A stretch of 64,000 nucleotides of DNA from an uncultured Verrucomicrobiae bacterium (GCA_963762565.1 CAVXLD010000001.1:1184001-1248000); one strand, 5' to 3'; counted from the stretch's first letter, positions 48,411 through 60,611 are shown. Made by a program: numbers and translations. The notes: generated by a model not told the origin, from the sequence alone.

Positions 48411-50331
48411 AACAATCGATCTAAGCGCAAAAGTTCCCCGAGAGACCATGCCTGGAACGGGCATCCTCTGGGAGTATACGGCTCGACCGCATTCGTAATT
48501 TCTGGCAGGTGATTCAGACCAGCGGTGGTCATCAGAGCACGGATCGATTCGAAATAGCGTTCGCGCGCTTCCTGCTTGGCTTCCGGTGTATTCCCGCGGA
48601 CACGTACCCAGGCCTCGATGAAGGCGCCGGCTAACCAAGGCCAAACTGTGCCTTGATGATAAGCGGAGTCCCGTTCCTTCGGACCTCCTAGGTAATGCGG
48701 AACAAAGCCTGGTTCATCTTGAGCCAATGACCGGAGCCCGCTTGGTGTCCAGAGTTTGGCTTCTACACGATCAACGACTTGGCGAGCGCGTGGGCCGGAC
48801 AATACCGCCAACGGTAATCCGCCTACCGCAAAGATCTGGTTTGGCCGGGTGGCGGAATCGGTAACGCCGGGTGGATGATCAACGTCGACCACATCAAACA
48901 ACTGCTGCCCCGGCCTCATTCCAAAACCGGTTTTCGAAAGATTGATACGCTTTTTCTAAAAGTGAACCCCATTGCGCCGAGAACTTCTTTCGATAGCCAA
49001 GGCATTGATCCACAGCGCCTGGACTTCAACCGGTTTACCAACCCGCGGAGTAATCACCTTGCCATCGACCTTAGCGTCCATCCAGGTCAGTTGGACACTC
49101 GGAACGCCGGCCGCCAATAACCCGTCTGCATCCAGGTGAATCTTAAAACGAGTACCTTTTTGATAACCCACTAAAATCGCTTCGATGGCAGCTTTCAGCT
49201 TCTGGTCGCCGGTCTCATCCACTAACCCCGGATGCAGGGAAGCTGCATCGAAAAGGTCACCGGCAGCGATAATAAACCAGAGCGAAGCATCAACTGAATT
49301 ATATTCCGGCGCTTCGCCTTGGTCGGGAAACCGGTTGGGGAGCATTCCTTCGGAGTCGTGGTTGGCCCATTCCAGCAGAATGTCCCGGCTCACCTCCAAC
49401 TCGCCCGAAGCGATCCCGATGCCCCGGATCGAAATGAAAGTATCCCGCCCCCAATCAGCAAACCACGGATAACCGGCGATGATACTTTTGCCGGTTCCAC
49501 GACGAACCAAGTACGCTCCGCAGAACGGTGGCCGAGGTCGGCCGTCTTAGTGCGTCGCTCGCGTTCACTCAGACGAAGCTCAGTGACCCAGTCTTCAAAT
49601 GAGTTTTTGTTGGGCAGCTCGGCAAAGCCCTCGGCTTGGAAGGCGAGTATGGCTTCTCGATTCCGATTGCCCAATTGCCAAACCAAGGCACCAGGTGCGG
49701 CTAGATCTTCCAGAAAATCTAAGCCGCGTTCTTGTTCCTGGATGTAAAGAAAATTCCGATACCACTGCGGATCGTGACGGTAATTCGCTCCGGACCGGCA
49801 CACGATCGCCGGGATACCAGGGTAAGGTTGCCACCTAACGGTGTCAGCCTTTATCGTTGGTTCGAACTGGAAAGCATCGTTTTGGTGGTGAGAGGAATGA
49901 TAATCTCGTCCGGATAAGAAAGGCTTCACCGTCAGAGTGTAGGCATGGTCTACCCGGCCCGAGAGGCGCCAGCTCATTGCCACCATGGATTGCCCGTGAG
50001 GGACGAATATTTCGTGGTCCAGCCAGAGATCCAGCGCCAGGCGATAGCTCCACTGAGGCCAAGGTTGAAATTGGAAGCTGCGCAGGCATTCATTTTTGCT
50101 GACAACATCCGGGGCATAGCGCTGGGCTGAGAGCCAGACTTTGGTGGCGTCACCCTCGATCCACGCGTCAAACCCATTTACTAACACCAACCGGCCGGCT
50201 GGTGGGGTTGTGGCCGTCAAAAGGAGCGCATGATAACGCCGAGTCCGAATACCCGATGTGGTTGAGCTGGCAAAGCCGCCCAATCCATCGGCTTCTAACC
50301 ATTCGTGTTTATCGGATATCTCCACGGGCAA
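48401..50331 (-). CDS. Amylo-alpha-1,6-glucosidase / glycogen debranching enzyme family, frameshifted
   Basis: EWLEADGLGGFAS, TRRYHALL, IAGYPWFADWGRDTFI, NSVDASLW, LTWMDAK, AYHQGTVWPWL, GCPFQAWS across three ORF pieces. Confidence 0.9.
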
Positions 50332-50563
50332 AAAATCTCACATCAAATTCCGTTAGCCAAGACCCGGAGCGTCGAAGCCCCAACGCCGCAAGATGCAAGA
50401 TTCAGGAGCTACACCAGACCGGGCAGATTGCGGGATTCTACCTCTGAAGCAAGGTTGTAACAAACACCGTCTCGTTGTGACTAAAACGTAACATGACGCA
50501 ATTGCCGAAGGCGTCTAAGGAGTGTCGATGCTCTGATTAAAGAGCATTTCACAACCTCAGACT

Positions 50564-51853
50564 ATGCTTCTAAAAACCCTCCTCGCGGCCCGCATGGCCG
50601 GCAGCGCCGTTTGCGCAGTCGCTACCACCGGGCTGGTAGTCGGTCTATCTTCGACAGCGTTCGCTCAAGATAAACAGGACAAACAAGTCGGCGATGTCTT
50701 TTATATCGAGCTGGAAAACCATAATTGGACCCAGGGCAGTGATAGCACCGCACCAAATCAGATTTATGGGTGCGCGGCAGCACCGTATATCAACAGCTTG
50801 GTTACCCCAGGGAACCCAAACGCGAAGGAAGTCTCCTATGCGACGGCTTATCACAACGCGCTGGCGACTCCTGATGGCAACAACCCCAGCATCCATCCTT
50901 CCGAGCCTAACTATCTATGGCAGGAAGCGGGATCTAATTTCGGTATCTTCAATGACAACGATCCCTATATAGTTCCGGGCGGCAGTGTGGCAGCGATTGC
51001 AGCATTTTTGGCTGCCAACCCGACGTATACCGGCGAGCATTTGACCGGATTGATGGAAAAGAACGGGCTCACTTGGTATTCCTACCAGGAAGACGTTGAC
51101 TTGCTGAACACGGATGGCGGTAACGCAAACTTGGGTGGAACCATTACCAGCACTCCGGCCCCGGAGAGCCTGTGGACCGTTCCGCTCTCAAGCTTCAGCG
51201 GAACCTCCACGAGCTACGTAAACGAGTTCAATGGCAGCAATGAGTACAACTTCGCTTGCAAGCATGATGGCACCTTGTTCTTCAAGGATACCAATGGCGG
51301 CAACGTCACCGATACCAGCAACACGAAGAGAAAGCACTACCGTCCGCTGCAGCAACTCTTCGCCGACCTGCAAAAGAATAAAGTGGCCAGATATAACCTG
51401 ATTACTCCCGATCAGTACAACGAGATGCACTCGGCTCTGACGAACGGGTTCACCTATCATGGAGTTGCTTATACGGGCGATTTGTCGCAAATCGCGGCAG
51501 CGGATAACTTCCTATCGATCGTCATCCCGATAATTATGGCTTCGCAGGCTTATCAGGATAACGGCGTGATTGTGATCTGGACGGATGAAACCGAAGGTAC
51601 CAACCAGAACGATTTCACCCATACCTTAGCGTTTATCGTCATCTCGAAGTTGGCCAAGGGCAATGCTTACGGCAGCCTGAACGACATGACGCACTCCTCT
51701 GATTTGGCCACTTGGCAAAAGGTATTCGGCCTGAGAGCAACCACGGCGAGTGGATACTTGAACGACGCAGCGAATCCCGCTCTGGATGGAACAACAGATA
51801 TCTCTGATCTGTTCAAACCGGGCGTGATTCCGAAGAGTCTTCCCAAGTACTAA
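50564..51853 (+). CDS. Secreted phosphoesterase (acid phosphatase/SapM-like, alkaline phosphatase superfamily)
   Basis: VFYIELENH, APYINSL, HPSEPNYL, ITPDQYNEMH, VIWTDE, TH.S. Confidence 0.85.
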   Translation: MLLKTLLAARMAGSAVCAVATTGLVVGLSSTAFAQDKQDKQVGDVFYIELENHNWTQGSDSTAPNQIYGCAAAPYINSLVTPGNPNAKEVSYATAYHNALATPDGNNPSIHPSEPNYLWQEAGSNFGIFNDNDPYIVPGGSVAAIAAFLAANPTYTGEHLTGLMEKNGLTWYSYQEDVDLLNTDGGNANLGGTITSTPAPESLWTVPLSSFSGTSTSYVNEFNGSNEYNFACKHDGTLFFKDTNGGNVTDTSNTKRKHYRPLQQLFADLQKNKVARYNLITPDQYNEMHSALTNGFTYHGVAYTGDLSQIAAADNFLSIVIPIIMASQAYQDNGVIVIWTDETEGTNQNDFTHTLAFIVISKLAKGNAYGSLNDMTHSSDLATWQKVFGLRATTASGYLNDAANPALDGTTDISDLFKPGVIPKSLPKY

Positions 51854-51937
51854 GATACCGGGAGGATTCAACAATTTCGAATGAATTGAACACGGCGAGC
51901 CGTCCTCAGGATGGTTCGCCGTGAAATTATTTCTAGC

Positions 51938-53179
51938 ATGAAGATTTTGAGGTACCTCATCCTGGCGATCTGCAGCGCCGCTGCTTCCGCCCTGGCGCAA
52001 AACGCTTATGTGAAGACAGTGCTGGTGGCAAACGATCCTAAGTATCACCCAGAGCTGATTGATAAGAAGATGGTGGACGCGTGGGGAGTTGCGATTCGAC
52101 CTCCCGGAGCCGGCGGACATTTCTGGATCTCTAACGCCGCCACCGGCACTTCGGTCGAATACGTCGGTGATGTAAACGGCGTACCGTTACACCAGGATGC
52201 CCTCAAGACCGTGACGCTGCAAACACCGCGATGGACCGATCGAGGTATCGCATACTTAACCGGTCAGACCTACAACTCTGCGAGCGATTTGCCCGGACAA
52301 CCGATCGAATTCCCGATTTCAGGTCCGGCCACGGACCTCAGCACAAATCCTCCCACTCGGCTTCCTAAAGGTTTTTCCGGCCCAGCAAAATTTATCTTTT
52401 TCACCGAGGACGGCGCTCTAAACGCCTGGAGTGCAACTACCAAGGTCGCCATGGACCAGGCTCCCTTGATAATCGATTATTCCAAAACTTCCTCTCACAA
52501 ACCGTATCCGGTCAACAGTGTGTATACCGGCGGCACCCTTACAAACAACGCTTTCAATAGCGATGCTTACAAGAAAGCGGGAGGGAACCACATCTTTGCG
52601 GCAGACTTTCGCAACAACCTTATTGAGGTCTTTGATAATCAATGGAAGGACGTAACGAGCTCCTTTCATTTTCAGGTGCCGGCAACAGTCGGCGATCTCC
52701 ACGTGTACAACGTGTGGGATTTAGGCGGACACCTGTTTGTCGCCTATGCAAAGTTCGATATTAACGGGGACGAGGGACAGGAAGAGGTAGACGCACCGGG
52801 GCTCGGCCATATTGTCGAATATAACGAGGACGGCACGCTGGTTCGGGATTTCAAGGATCACGGTAAATTGAACGCTCCATGGGGAATGGTGATCGCCCCG
52901 GAGACGTTCGGGGCTCTCGCCAACGACCTTTTAGTAGCGAACTTTGGCGACAACAACATTGTGGCCTTCGATCTCAATACCGGAGAATATATTGATTGCC
53001 TGCGTGATTCGGGCGGTCAACCTCTCCCGGTAGAAGGCGTGTGGGCGCTAACGTTTGGAAATGGGGTAAGCCTCGGCGACGCTAAAGCGCTGTATTACTC
53101 TGCCGGTCCCAGCAAACAGTTCGATGGTCTCTTTGGCCGGATCAACGTAGCGACCAGCAATAGCACAGCGCAAAAATAA
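51938..53179 (+). CDS. TIGR03118 family secreted beta-propeller protein
   Basis: DAWG, FWISN, FIF.TEDG, LNAPWG, LLVANFGD, GVWALTFG, LYYSAGP, GLFG. Confidence 0.85.
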   Translation: MKILRYLILAICSAAASALAQNAYVKTVLVANDPKYHPELIDKKMVDAWGVAIRPPGAGGHFWISNAATGTSVEYVGDVNGVPLHQDALKTVTLQTPRWTDRGIAYLTGQTYNSASDLPGQPIEFPISGPATDLSTNPPTRLPKGFSGPAKFIFFTEDGALNAWSATTKVAMDQAPLIIDYSKTSSHKPYPVNSVYTGGTLTNNAFNSDAYKKAGGNHIFAADFRNNLIEVFDNQWKDVTSSFHFQVPATVGDLHVYNVWDLGGHLFVAYAKFDINGDEGQEEVDAPGLGHIVEYNEDGTLVRDFKDHGKLNAPWGMVIAPETFGALANDLLVANFGDNNIVAFDLNTGEYIDCLRDSGGQPLPVEGVWALTFGNGVSLGDAKALYYSAGPSKQFDGLFGRINVATSNSTAQK

Positions 53180-53189
53180 TTCGTTGGGC

Positions 53190-53313
53190 CGGGAGGGCGC
53201 GCGTCCCCGCGCGCCACAAAGACGCGTGCTGAACAAAGAGCGCATTTTCGCCCATCCTCGCAAAAAGTAATCAGCTCCGCGAACAACGGATCGCGAGGAC
53301 GCGATCCCTCTCC
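53190..53313. repeat. REP-like doublet (GGGAGGG family)
   Basis: CGGGAGGGCGCGCGTCCCCGCGCGCC ... CGGATCGCGAGGACGCGATCCCTC, between convergent genes. Confidence 0.8.
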
Positions 53314-53355
53314 AGCGATGGGCCCGCGCCCTCCCCAATTTGCCGCCGCGCGGGC

Positions 53356-55992
53356 CTAATCTAAATGCGATGCGACCAGTTTGGCGATCAGGCCGGTCCA
53401 ACCGGTTTGATGAGACGCGCCAACGCCACGGCCGTTATCTCCGTGAAAATACTCATAGAAAAGTACGTAATCGCGGAAATGCGGGTCGGTTTGCAGTTTC
53501 GCATTCTCACCATTTACTGGCCGGCGGCCGTTAGCATCCCGCAGAAAGAGGCGGCAGAGCCGATCTCGTAATTCTGCAGCTACCGCTTTAATGGTGCAGA
53601 GCTTTCCGGATCCGGTCGGACATTCGATTTTGAAATCGTCACCATAATAATGGTGAAAGCGCTCCAACGCCCCAATTAACAGAAAGTTCATCGGGAACCA
53701 AATCGGGCCGCGCCAATTAGAATTCCCTCCAAATACACCGGAAGTCGATTCACCCGGTTCGTAATCGACGGAAGTTACATGGCCGTCCCAAACAAAGTTA
53801 TAGGGATGATCCCGGTGATAACGCGAAAGCGCCCGAACACCATGATCGGACAGAAACTCGGTCTCATCCAACATGCGTTTGAGCAACAGCTTCATTCGAT
53901 GCCCTCGCAACAATGACAGGAGTCGTCGATCACCGCTGCCTGTGACATGCCAACGAGATACAAGCGAAGCCAAATCAGGTCGATGTTTGAACAACCACTC
54001 CAGCCGGCTTTTGAAATGAGGCACCTTTTCGAGCAGCTCTGGGTCCAGGGTCTCGACCGCGAAAAGCGGGATTAACCCAACAATAGAACGGACGCGCAAC
54101 GGGATGCTTCGGCCATCCGGGAGGTAGAGCACGTCGTAGAAAAATCCGTCTTGGTCATCCCAAAGGCCCATCCCTTGGGCGCATTGGGCCATCGCCTCAG
54201 CTATCTGTAGGAAGTGTTCGAAGAACTTCGAGGCGATGTCCTCGTAGGCATGATTGTGTTGCGCTAATTCCAATGCAATTCGCATCAGGTTCAAGCTGTA
54301 CATGGCCATCCAGCTTGTCCCGTCGGATTGATTTATATAGCCACCGGTGGGCAACGGAGCGCTCCGGTCGAAGACGCCGATATTGTCTAACCCGAGAAAG
54401 CCGCCTTGAAAGATGTTGCGGCCGGCAATGTCCTTCCGGTTTACCCACCAGGTGAAATTGAGGAGCAATTTATGGAAGACGCGTTCGAGAAATGAAACGT
54501 CTCCCGGATCTTCCGGCTTTTGGGCGCGCCGGTATTTGCGGTCGATTTCAAAGACTCGCCAAGCCGCCCACGCATGTACGGGAGGGTTTACATCACCAAA
54601 AGCCCACTCGTAAGCCGGTAACTGGCCGTTTGGATGCATGTACCATTCACGGGTGATAATCAGGAGCTGTTTTTTGGCAAACTCAGGGTCGATTACCGCG
54701 AACGATAGAGTGTGAAAAGCGAGGTCCCAGGCGGCAAACCACGGATATTCCCACTTATCAGGCATGGAGAGTACCTCAGTGGCATTGAGATGCCTCCAAT
54801 CATGGTTTCGACCGAACTTTCTTTCCGGCGGCGGCGGCGGATTTCCTGGATCGCCATCCAGCCAGGTCCGGACATCGAAACGGAACCGCTGCTTACTCCA
54901 GATCATTCCCGCAAAAGCTTGACGCTGGACCGAGCGAAGATCTTCGCTGGTAACGTCGCCCTGTATTTCTGCGTAAAATTCGTCTGCCTCCTTGCGCCGT
55001 AGGTTGAAGATTTCGTCAAAATCGCTGAACCCGACTTCAGCCGTCTGGCGAGAGAGCCGGAGACGGACCACCTTCTGGCCACCCGCTTCGATTACCAGCT
55101 GATAGTGGGCGGCTGATTTGGTGCCGGTTCGGGACGGATTTACCGCCTCGGCGTTTTTGCGGATCAGCCATTCATGAAATCCGTCTTTGCAGTAGGGCCC
55201 CGGATTGTTAACTGAGTAGAGACGCTTGTAGTTAGTCTCGTTCTCGCAAAAGACTAAAGTTGGAGTCCCTTCCGCGCGGAGAAAATAGTTTCCGAAATGG
55301 TCAAGCTTCGCTGAGATCACGCAATCCGCCGCTGCCTCGAGGATGGGTTTACTTCCCGCTGTTCCCCAAGACCAGGTGTTACGAAACCAAAGATGAGGGA
55401 GAAGATGAATGATGGCAGCTTCCGGTCCACGGTTAGCCGCTGTAATCTGAATTAGAATGTCGTCTACGCTGGCCTTGGCGTATTCCACAAAGACATCAAA
55501 GTAACGGTCATCATCCAAAACTCCGGTATCGATCAGCTCATACTCGGGGTCGAGTTTTCCTCGGCGGCGGTTCTCTTCCACTAGAGCGGCATAAGGAAAC
55601 TCCGGCTGAGGATACTTATAAAGCATCTTCAGGTAGGAATGCGTAGAGGTTGCGTCCAGATAATAATAGAGCTCTTTGACATCCTCGCCGTGATTCCCTT
55701 CGTCACCGGTCAGCCCGAACAAGCGTTCCTTCAAAATAGGATCTTTCCCGTTCCAAAGAGCGAGCGCGAAGCACAGGATTTGGTTCTCGTCACTGATCCC
55801 GGCAATACCATCTTCACCCCAGCGATAGGCCCGGCTTCGAGCATGATCGTGCGGAAAGTAACTCCAAGCCGTTCCACCGGGGCTGTAATCTTCACGAACA
55901 GTTCCCCACTGACGTTCGCTGAGATAGGGTCCCCAGTGGCGCCACTTGCTCGCACCACTATTCATCTCAAGGATGCGCTGTATTTCAGACAT
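53356..55992 (-). CDS. Glycoside hydrolase family 63-like glucosidase (MGH1-like)
   Basis: [73 protein letters not shown]. Confidence 0.93.
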   Translation of the reverse strand: MSEIQRILEMNSGASKWRHWGPYLSERQWGTVREDYSPGGTAWSYFPHDHARSRAYRWGEDGIAGISDENQILCFALALWNGKDPILKERLFGLTGDEGNHGEDVKELYYYLDATSTHSYLKMLYKYPQPEFPYAALVEENRRRGKLDPEYELIDTGVLDDDRYFDVFVEYAKASVDDILIQITAANRGPEAAIIHLLPHLWFRNTWSWGTAGSKPILEAAADCVISAKLDHFGNYFLRAEGTPTLVFCENETNYKRLYSVNNPGPYCKDGFHEWLIRKNAEAVNPSRTGTKSAAHYQLVIEAGGQKVVRLRLSRQTAEVGFSDFDEIFNLRRKEADEFYAEIQGDVTSEDLRSVQRQAFAGMIWSKQRFRFDVRTWLDGDPGNPPPPPERKFGRNHDWRHLNATEVLSMPDKWEYPWFAAWDLAFHTLSFAVIDPEFAKKQLLIITREWYMHPNGQLPAYEWAFGDVNPPVHAWAAWRVFEIDRKYRRAQKPEDPGDVSFLERVFHKLLLNFTWWVNRKDIAGRNIFQGGFLGLDNIGVFDRSAPLPTGGYINQSDGTSWMAMYSLNLMRIALELAQHNHAYEDIASKFFEHFLQIAEAMAQCAQGMGLWDDQDGFFYDVLYLPDGRSIPLRVRSIVGLIPLFAVETLDPELLEKVPHFKSRLEWLFKHRPDLASLVSRWHVTGSGDRRLLSLLRGHRMKLLLKRMLDETEFLSDHGVRALSRYHRDHPYNFVWDGHVTSVDYEPGESTSGVFGGNSNWRGPIWFPMNFLLIGALERFHHYYGDDFKIECPTGSGKLCTIKAVAAELRDRLCRLFLRDANGRRPVNGENAKLQTDPHFRDYVLFYEYFHGDNGRGVGASHQTGWTGLIAKLVASHLD

Positions 55993-56169
55993 AGAGGTCT
56001 CTCCGGGCAGAAGTTAAACGGTCGTCGCGATCGCGATGCACCGCTCATCTAATCAAGTTGTCGACCAGCGTCAAACGCCGATCTTGTGATAGGGGAGATG
56101 GCTCGCGGTTTGAGGTTTACAGTTGGCGGTTGTGCGGGGACTTTTGGCTGCAGCAACACAAAAGACAAG

Positions 56170-56255
56170 AGCCTCGCGCAGAGGACGCTGAGGTCAAAAG
56201 CTTGAGGATCTCCTGTTTTTTACCTCTGCGTCCGCGGCGACCTTTGCGCGAGGCT
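56170..56255. repeat. 9-nt periodic inverted-repeat element (CGCAGAGGN)
   Basis: AGCCTCGCGCAGAGGACGCTGAGG ... CCTCTGCGTCCGCGGCGACCTTTGCGCGAGGCT; related solo arm at 4732-4759. Confidence 0.7.
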
Positions 56256-56484
56256 GTTCTCGTTGTACGTGGCCCCTGTACCGGTTGCATACTGATATTG
56301 AGCCGTTTGGGCCTGTCCCGGCAAGCCACTGCTTTCTCATCCTCGTAATGAGGAATCTTCCGAATTTCCCGAGTATATCGGCCGCCGATCGGCATCTCTA
56401 TGGTTTAGAAGGTTTTCCGGAGCTGGGGCCATGGGCCTGGTTCCTCTTGAAGTACTGACAATCGCCAGGATTACTCCAGAACTT

Positions 56485-57558
56485 ATGAACGCAAAAATAT
56501 TCGGCTCTTTTCCAGGGATCCGCCTGCGGGCATGCCCTGCCCTCTTATTGGTCTTCGTTTTAACTGCATTTTTTGAAGCGAAAGCAACCGCCCCGCAGAA
56601 TACTGTGGTTGCGACGGTCAATGTCGGATCGCTACCAGGCTATCTGGTTTGCAGTCCAGACAACAAATTTGTTTATGTCACGATTTACGGCGGGATCGCC
56701 GTGATCAATACCGCGACTAATAAGCTATCCACGAACTTCTCGCTTCCGGGCACCCAGACTTTCGTTGCTATCTCCAGCGATGGCCAGACATTGTATGCGT
56801 CTGATATTACCAACACGGGTAATGGGGTGCAGGTCATTTCGATCGCTAACCAATCGGTGACGACGCTTCTGCCGTTCGAGTACCCGACCCGCTTGGCGCT
56901 AAGCCCGGACGGGAGCGAGTTATGGGTATCTAACTCCACCAACGATTCACAGGGCGGACTCTACATCATCAGTACCTCGACCAATCAGGTAACGGCCGGC
57001 CCGATTCAGGTTAGTAATGAAAGCCCGGCCTACATCGTTTTTACACCGGACGGGACGAATGTTTACGCCACGTTCAGCACGGCAGACACAATCACTCCCT
57101 ATTATCTGGTACAGATCGATACGTCCACCCAAGCAGTATTGAATGCCGATGTGGCCGGGAAAACGTTGCGCTCCAAGGTACTCGATGGGCCTCTTCTCCT
57201 GTCGATGAACCCGAATGATAAGGCACTGTACGCAGAGGACCAATCGGGCCCGTATCCGTCGGTAATGAAAGCGGTAAACTTGAGCACTGACAAAGCGAGG
57301 AATCTTTATGGTCCGCTTTCCAATATCGATCAGAGAGTAACGCCAAATGGGAAATATCTTTATCTGTTGAATCAGGGCGGTGGACCTAACATTCCGGGTA
57401 CGGTCGTTTCAATCACCACCACTCAGGGTCTGGCTGCCGGCCCGACTGCTACCGTCGGAGTCGGTCCGATCTCAATCGGGATCAGACCCGACGGGAAACG
57501 CGCTTACGTGTCGAATCAGTCAGATGGGACGGTAACGGTAATCAATATTCAACCGTAG
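56485..57558 (+). CDS. YVTN/YncE-type beta-propeller secreted protein
   Basis: Repeats SPDNKFVYV, SPDGSELWVSN, PDGKRAYVSN...GTVTVI. Confidence 0.85.
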   Translation: MNAKIFGSFPGIRLRACPALLLVFVLTAFFEAKATAPQNTVVATVNVGSLPGYLVCSPDNKFVYVTIYGGIAVINTATNKLSTNFSLPGTQTFVAISSDGQTLYASDITNTGNGVQVISIANQSVTTLLPFEYPTRLALSPDGSELWVSNSTNDSQGGLYIISTSTNQVTAGPIQVSNESPAYIVFTPDGTNVYATFSTADTITPYYLVQIDTSTQAVLNADVAGKTLRSKVLDGPLLLSMNPNDKALYAEDQSGPYPSVMKAVNLSTDKARNLYGPLSNIDQRVTPNGKYLYLLNQGGGPNIPGTVVSITTTQGLAAGPTATVGVGPISIGIRPDGKRAYVSNQSDGTVTVINIQP

Positions 57559-58325
57559 CTCGGTGGAAACACCTTTTTTCCGATAGCCGCTCGACAAAAA
57601 AGGCCGGACTGCTGAACAATTCGTACGGCCGCAGCTACCAATTCAGCGTTCGATGGAGCAACCGCTCCATCCGGCTGAACTTTTACATCTTCGAGGCCGA
57701 TGCGGGTGGAGAATCCAGACTCGACCGCTCGCCGCAGCAACGGCCAAGCCGAAGCATCAGCGCCGTGTAAGAGGATCGGTCTGGGGAAAGGTGCGCTTCG
57801 GAGTACAGTCAGAATTTCATTCGTAACCGCGTGATCGCGGTCGATATTCTGTTCGCCAACCTCGACCAGAATACGCAGCGCCAGCCGGTCCAGCCCTAAC
57901 GTTACTAATCGTTCAGCGTCCTGCGGGTCCCCCAACCCTGCCTCGATGCCGATACCTCGCCGATGAAGGCTCTCGATGACAGCAGGTGCATTCTTTTCAC
58001 TCAGATTGACCGAGGCGTAATCTGGCGGAACGCTCCAGCGGGTAACATAAGCGAGCACCCGGTCATCGTCCCTTTCGATCCAAGCGCCGGTGCTGATCCC
58101 AATCAAGGTTCCAGGTAAAGCTTCCCGGAGCGCTTTTATCGTGGAATCAACAGCGTTCGGAGCAAGACTCTCAACCCCGTCCTCGCCTCGCACGTGAAGA
58201 TGCAATTCGCTGGCGCCGGCTCTCAACGCCTCACGTCCATCTTCGACCAGAGCCTGGATAGTGACTGGAACTGCCGGGTGATAGGAGGACAGATGGCCTC
58301 CATTTAAACAAGCCTGGACGATCAT
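57549..58325 (-). CDS. 3-keto-5-aminohexanoate cleavage (BKACE/DUF849) family protein
   Basis: QACLNG, AGA..LHLHVR, STGAW, PDYASVN, GIEAG, RIGLED, SNAELV. Confidence 0.9.
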   Translation of the reverse strand: MIVQACLNGGHLSSYHPAVPVTIQALVEDGREALRAGASELHLHVRGEDGVESLAPNAVDSTIKALREALPGTLIGISTGAWIERDDDRVLAYVTRWSVPPDYASVNLSEKNAPAVIESLHRRGIGIEAGLGDPQDAERLVTLGLDRLALRILVEVGEQNIDRDHAVTNEILTVLRSAPFPRPILLHGADASAWPLLRRAVESGFSTRIGLEDVKVQPDGAVAPSNAELVAAAVRIVQQSGLFCRAAIGKKVFPPSYG

Positions 58326-58350
58326 GGGAACATTTACGCGGGCGCTATTG

Positions 58351-58797
58351 TCAGCCTGTTTGGTCGCCGCGACTAAACACGACGAGAACACAGCCCGTCA
58401 AGATCAGCACCGCACCAGCTAAACCTGCCGCATTCAAGTGGAATTGGCGTAAGAAAATGAGGGTGAATAAAATAATGAAAAGGGGATAACTGATTTCGAG
58501 GAGTGAGGCCATGGTGGCATCCTTCTGATTGATCGCGAACCCATTGAACAGGTAGGCGCCGGTGCCAAAAAACAGATACAACACAATCATCCATATTATC
58601 GGCCAACTTTCGCAAAGCTTTGCCCAGTTCTGGCGGGGGTAAAGCATCCACAGTACCGCGGAAACCAGGATACCGTTTGCCAGACTTAAGAACGAGAAAG
58701 CCGCCGCAAAGTCTACTCTTCTAAAGAGCGATTCCATCAAGACATATTGTGCGCCCCAACAAGCCGCCGAGATCAGAGCATACATCCACCAGGCCAT
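58351..58797 (-). CDS. Single-domain EamA/DMT membrane protein
   Basis: Five hydrophobic segments; ASLLEISYPLF. Confidence 0.8.
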   Translation of the reverse strand: MAWWMYALISAACWGAQYVLMESLFRRVDFAAAFSFLSLANGILVSAVLWMLYPRQNWAKLCESWPIIWMIVLYLFFGTGAYLFNGFAINQKDATMASLLEISYPLFIILFTLIFLRQFHLNAAGLAGAVLILTGCVLVVFSRGDQTG

Positions 58798-58912
58798 GCC
58801 ACCGTCCTAGCGATTTACGGCCCGAACAGCAATTCGGGAGTGCTATTTGACCGATCGAAGTGCGATAAATTTTGGGATTCCAGCTGTAGTAGACGGGGTG
58901 GACGTAGTGGAC

Positions 58913-59221
58913 TCAGTGGACGTGAGTGTCAGCTCTCTGGGGAGAGAGCTTGGCTGGGCCATATCGCTCGGCAGCGCGAGCCTTCGCTTTGGCGGCTTCT
59001 TCCTCGCGGTCTCTGGGGGGCGCATTCGTCTCCAGCGAACGCAATAGCTTTGCCGAGACTTCCGCGACGCCGTCGACTGCGGCAAGGAAGGCGGCCTCGT
59101 TCAGTTTTGACGGCTTCGTGAAACCGCTGATCTTTCTGACAAATTGCAGCGAAGCGGCCCGAACCTCGTCCTCGGTGACAGGCGGTTCGAAGTTAAAAAG
59201 GGGTCGAATATTCCTGCACAT
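58913..59221 (-). CDS. DUF2277 family protein
   Basis: MCRNIRPLFNFEPP.T.DEVRAASLQFVRKISG. Confidence 0.9.
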   Translation of the reverse strand: MCRNIRPLFNFEPPVTEDEVRAASLQFVRKISGFTKPSKLNEAAFLAAVDGVAEVSAKLLRSLETNAPPRDREEEAAKAKARAAERYGPAKLSPQRADTHVH

Positions 59222-59286
59222 AGTCTCTAGCTGTATTATTACGCTGGCGATGACGTCCGGGCAATCGATGCATCGCCACAACCGCC

Positions 59287-59319
59287 CTCCTGACTCCTGG
59301 ATTCTGGCTCCTGGCTCCT
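59287..59319. repeat. Heptamer tandem repeat (CTCCTGG)n
   Basis: CTCCTGA CTCCTGG ATTCTGG CTCCTGG CTCCT, abutting the DoxX stop codon. Confidence 0.7.
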
Positions 59320-59762
59320 CACTCTGAGATCGCCCAGAAAATCAGCAGGATAAACAGGAGCTGCATTGGTCCCCGCACTCCTAGTGGAGTTACCGGTCTA
59401 TCCCTCAGTGTAGCTCCGGTCCTGGTAGCGTATACGTTAGCGGGGAATACTGCGACCAGAAACAAGATTAGGCACACTCCAGCCAGCGTCCGCGTTGACG
59501 GGATGATTAGCCCGATCGCTCCCAGAATTTCGAGAATCCCGGTTACGAATACTGCGACTTTAGGGTTTGGCACCCACGGGGGAACCATCCTTTCTAAATC
59601 CCTCCGCATCGGCCCGAAATGAGCGAACGCGGTAAAACAGAACATGGCGGCTAACGCGTAAATCATCGATCCGTGCCAGCTCTGGAACAGGGGGACACCG
59701 AAAAAAAATCCGAGCAGACGGAAAACGATCAAACTTCCGAAAAGGGCTACGAGCACAATCAT
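59319..59762 (-). CDS. DoxX-like membrane protein
   Basis: AHF...MVPPWVP.....VFVTGILEILGAIGL, FPANVY. Confidence 0.85.
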   Translation of the reverse strand: MIVLVALFGSLIVFRLLGFFFGVPLFQSWHGSMIYALAAMFCFTAFAHFGPMRRDLERMVPPWVPNPKVAVFVTGILEILGAIGLIIPSTRTLAGVCLILFLVAVFPANVYATRTGATLRDRPVTPLGVRGPMQLLFILLIFWAISE

Positions 59763-60031
59763 AGGTCTGGGATGGAAGCTCCATCAGCCTAACTGGGCGG
59801 AAGGGCGAGGTCAAAAAAAGGAGTTCAGGAGTTCGAGGAGTTCAGGAGTTCAAGGGGGAGTGCGGCTGGCTAGGATGCGGATTGCAAGCTAGGGCGTGTA
59901 AGGCGTGGCATGCTTTTCGAGGACGAGGACGAGAACGATTGACCTGGGCGCTGTTCATAACCGTTGACGGCGTTCCCTGACGAAAGGGGTTGTCAATTTT
60001 CGACGAATGAATTAATCCTGAAACCGCGTCT

Positions 60032-60409
60032 ATGATCCGTCACCTTTACCTCGCGTGTCTGGTTCCGATCAGCATAGCGCTTCTTTCTTGCGGCGAATCG
60101 AGTCCGCAGCCCGCTAAGGGCAAGTATGGCTACCTGCCTACTCCGACGCCTAAACCTGCTGCGACTCCAACGCCGGTTCCGATTCCGGTTCCTACTCCGA
60201 CCCCGGCACCGGAAGTCACCAATATGCCGAACCCAGCAGGGACCCCAAATGCACCGGAAAATTATCCGACCGCCAGCAAAGTTCCGGGGAAGCCTGGCCG
60301 TGTTTACAGCCCCTATGCACCTAACGCTGGAGAAGTTGACGTTGAGGGATATCCTCCCGGAGCTGAAGTAAAAGATCCGTACACCGGTAAGATTTTCTTG
60401 GTGCCGTAG
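60032..60409 (+). CDS. Proline-rich lipoprotein
   Basis: LLSC lipobox, PT repeats, C-terminal [14 protein letters not shown]...VDV.G...[15 protein letters not shown]. Confidence 0.8.
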   Translation: MIRHLYLACLVPISIALLSCGESSPQPAKGKYGYLPTPTPKPAATPTPVPIPVPTPTPAPEVTNMPNPAGTPNAPENYPTASKVPGKPGRVYSPYAPNAGEVDVEGYPPGAEVKDPYTGKIFLVP

Positions 60410-60430
60410 GAAATAGGAACCACACGCTAT

Positions 60431-60464
60431 TAAAAAAAGGACGCGCGGCGCGCGTCCTTTTTTA
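60431..60464. terminator. Intrinsic terminator hairpin (potentially bidirectional)
   Basis: AAAAAAAGGACGCGC-GGC-GCGCGTCCTTTTTT. Confidence 0.8.
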
Positions 60465-60493
60465 TTTACCGCAACGGACCGGCGAAATCCAAA

Positions 60494-60573
60494 ATGACAA
60501 ATGACAGATGACAAAAAAGTAGGCCCTTGCGACGCCCTGCAGGCGGGCTCCGCAACTTGTCATTTGTCATCTG
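60494..60573. repeat. Heptamer-arm inverted-repeat element (ATGACAR / YTGTCAT)
   Basis: ATGACAA ATGACAG ATGACAA ... TTGTCAT TTGTCAT CTG. Confidence 0.75.
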
Positions 60574-60611
60574 ATCCGCCAGGACATTCCGTACGCCCGG
60601 GGCGATAGAGT

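Noticed and set aside
60137..60210. DNA repeat in the lipoprotein gene
   Set aside because: It reflects a Pro-Thr linker in the protein, not an independent DNA element.
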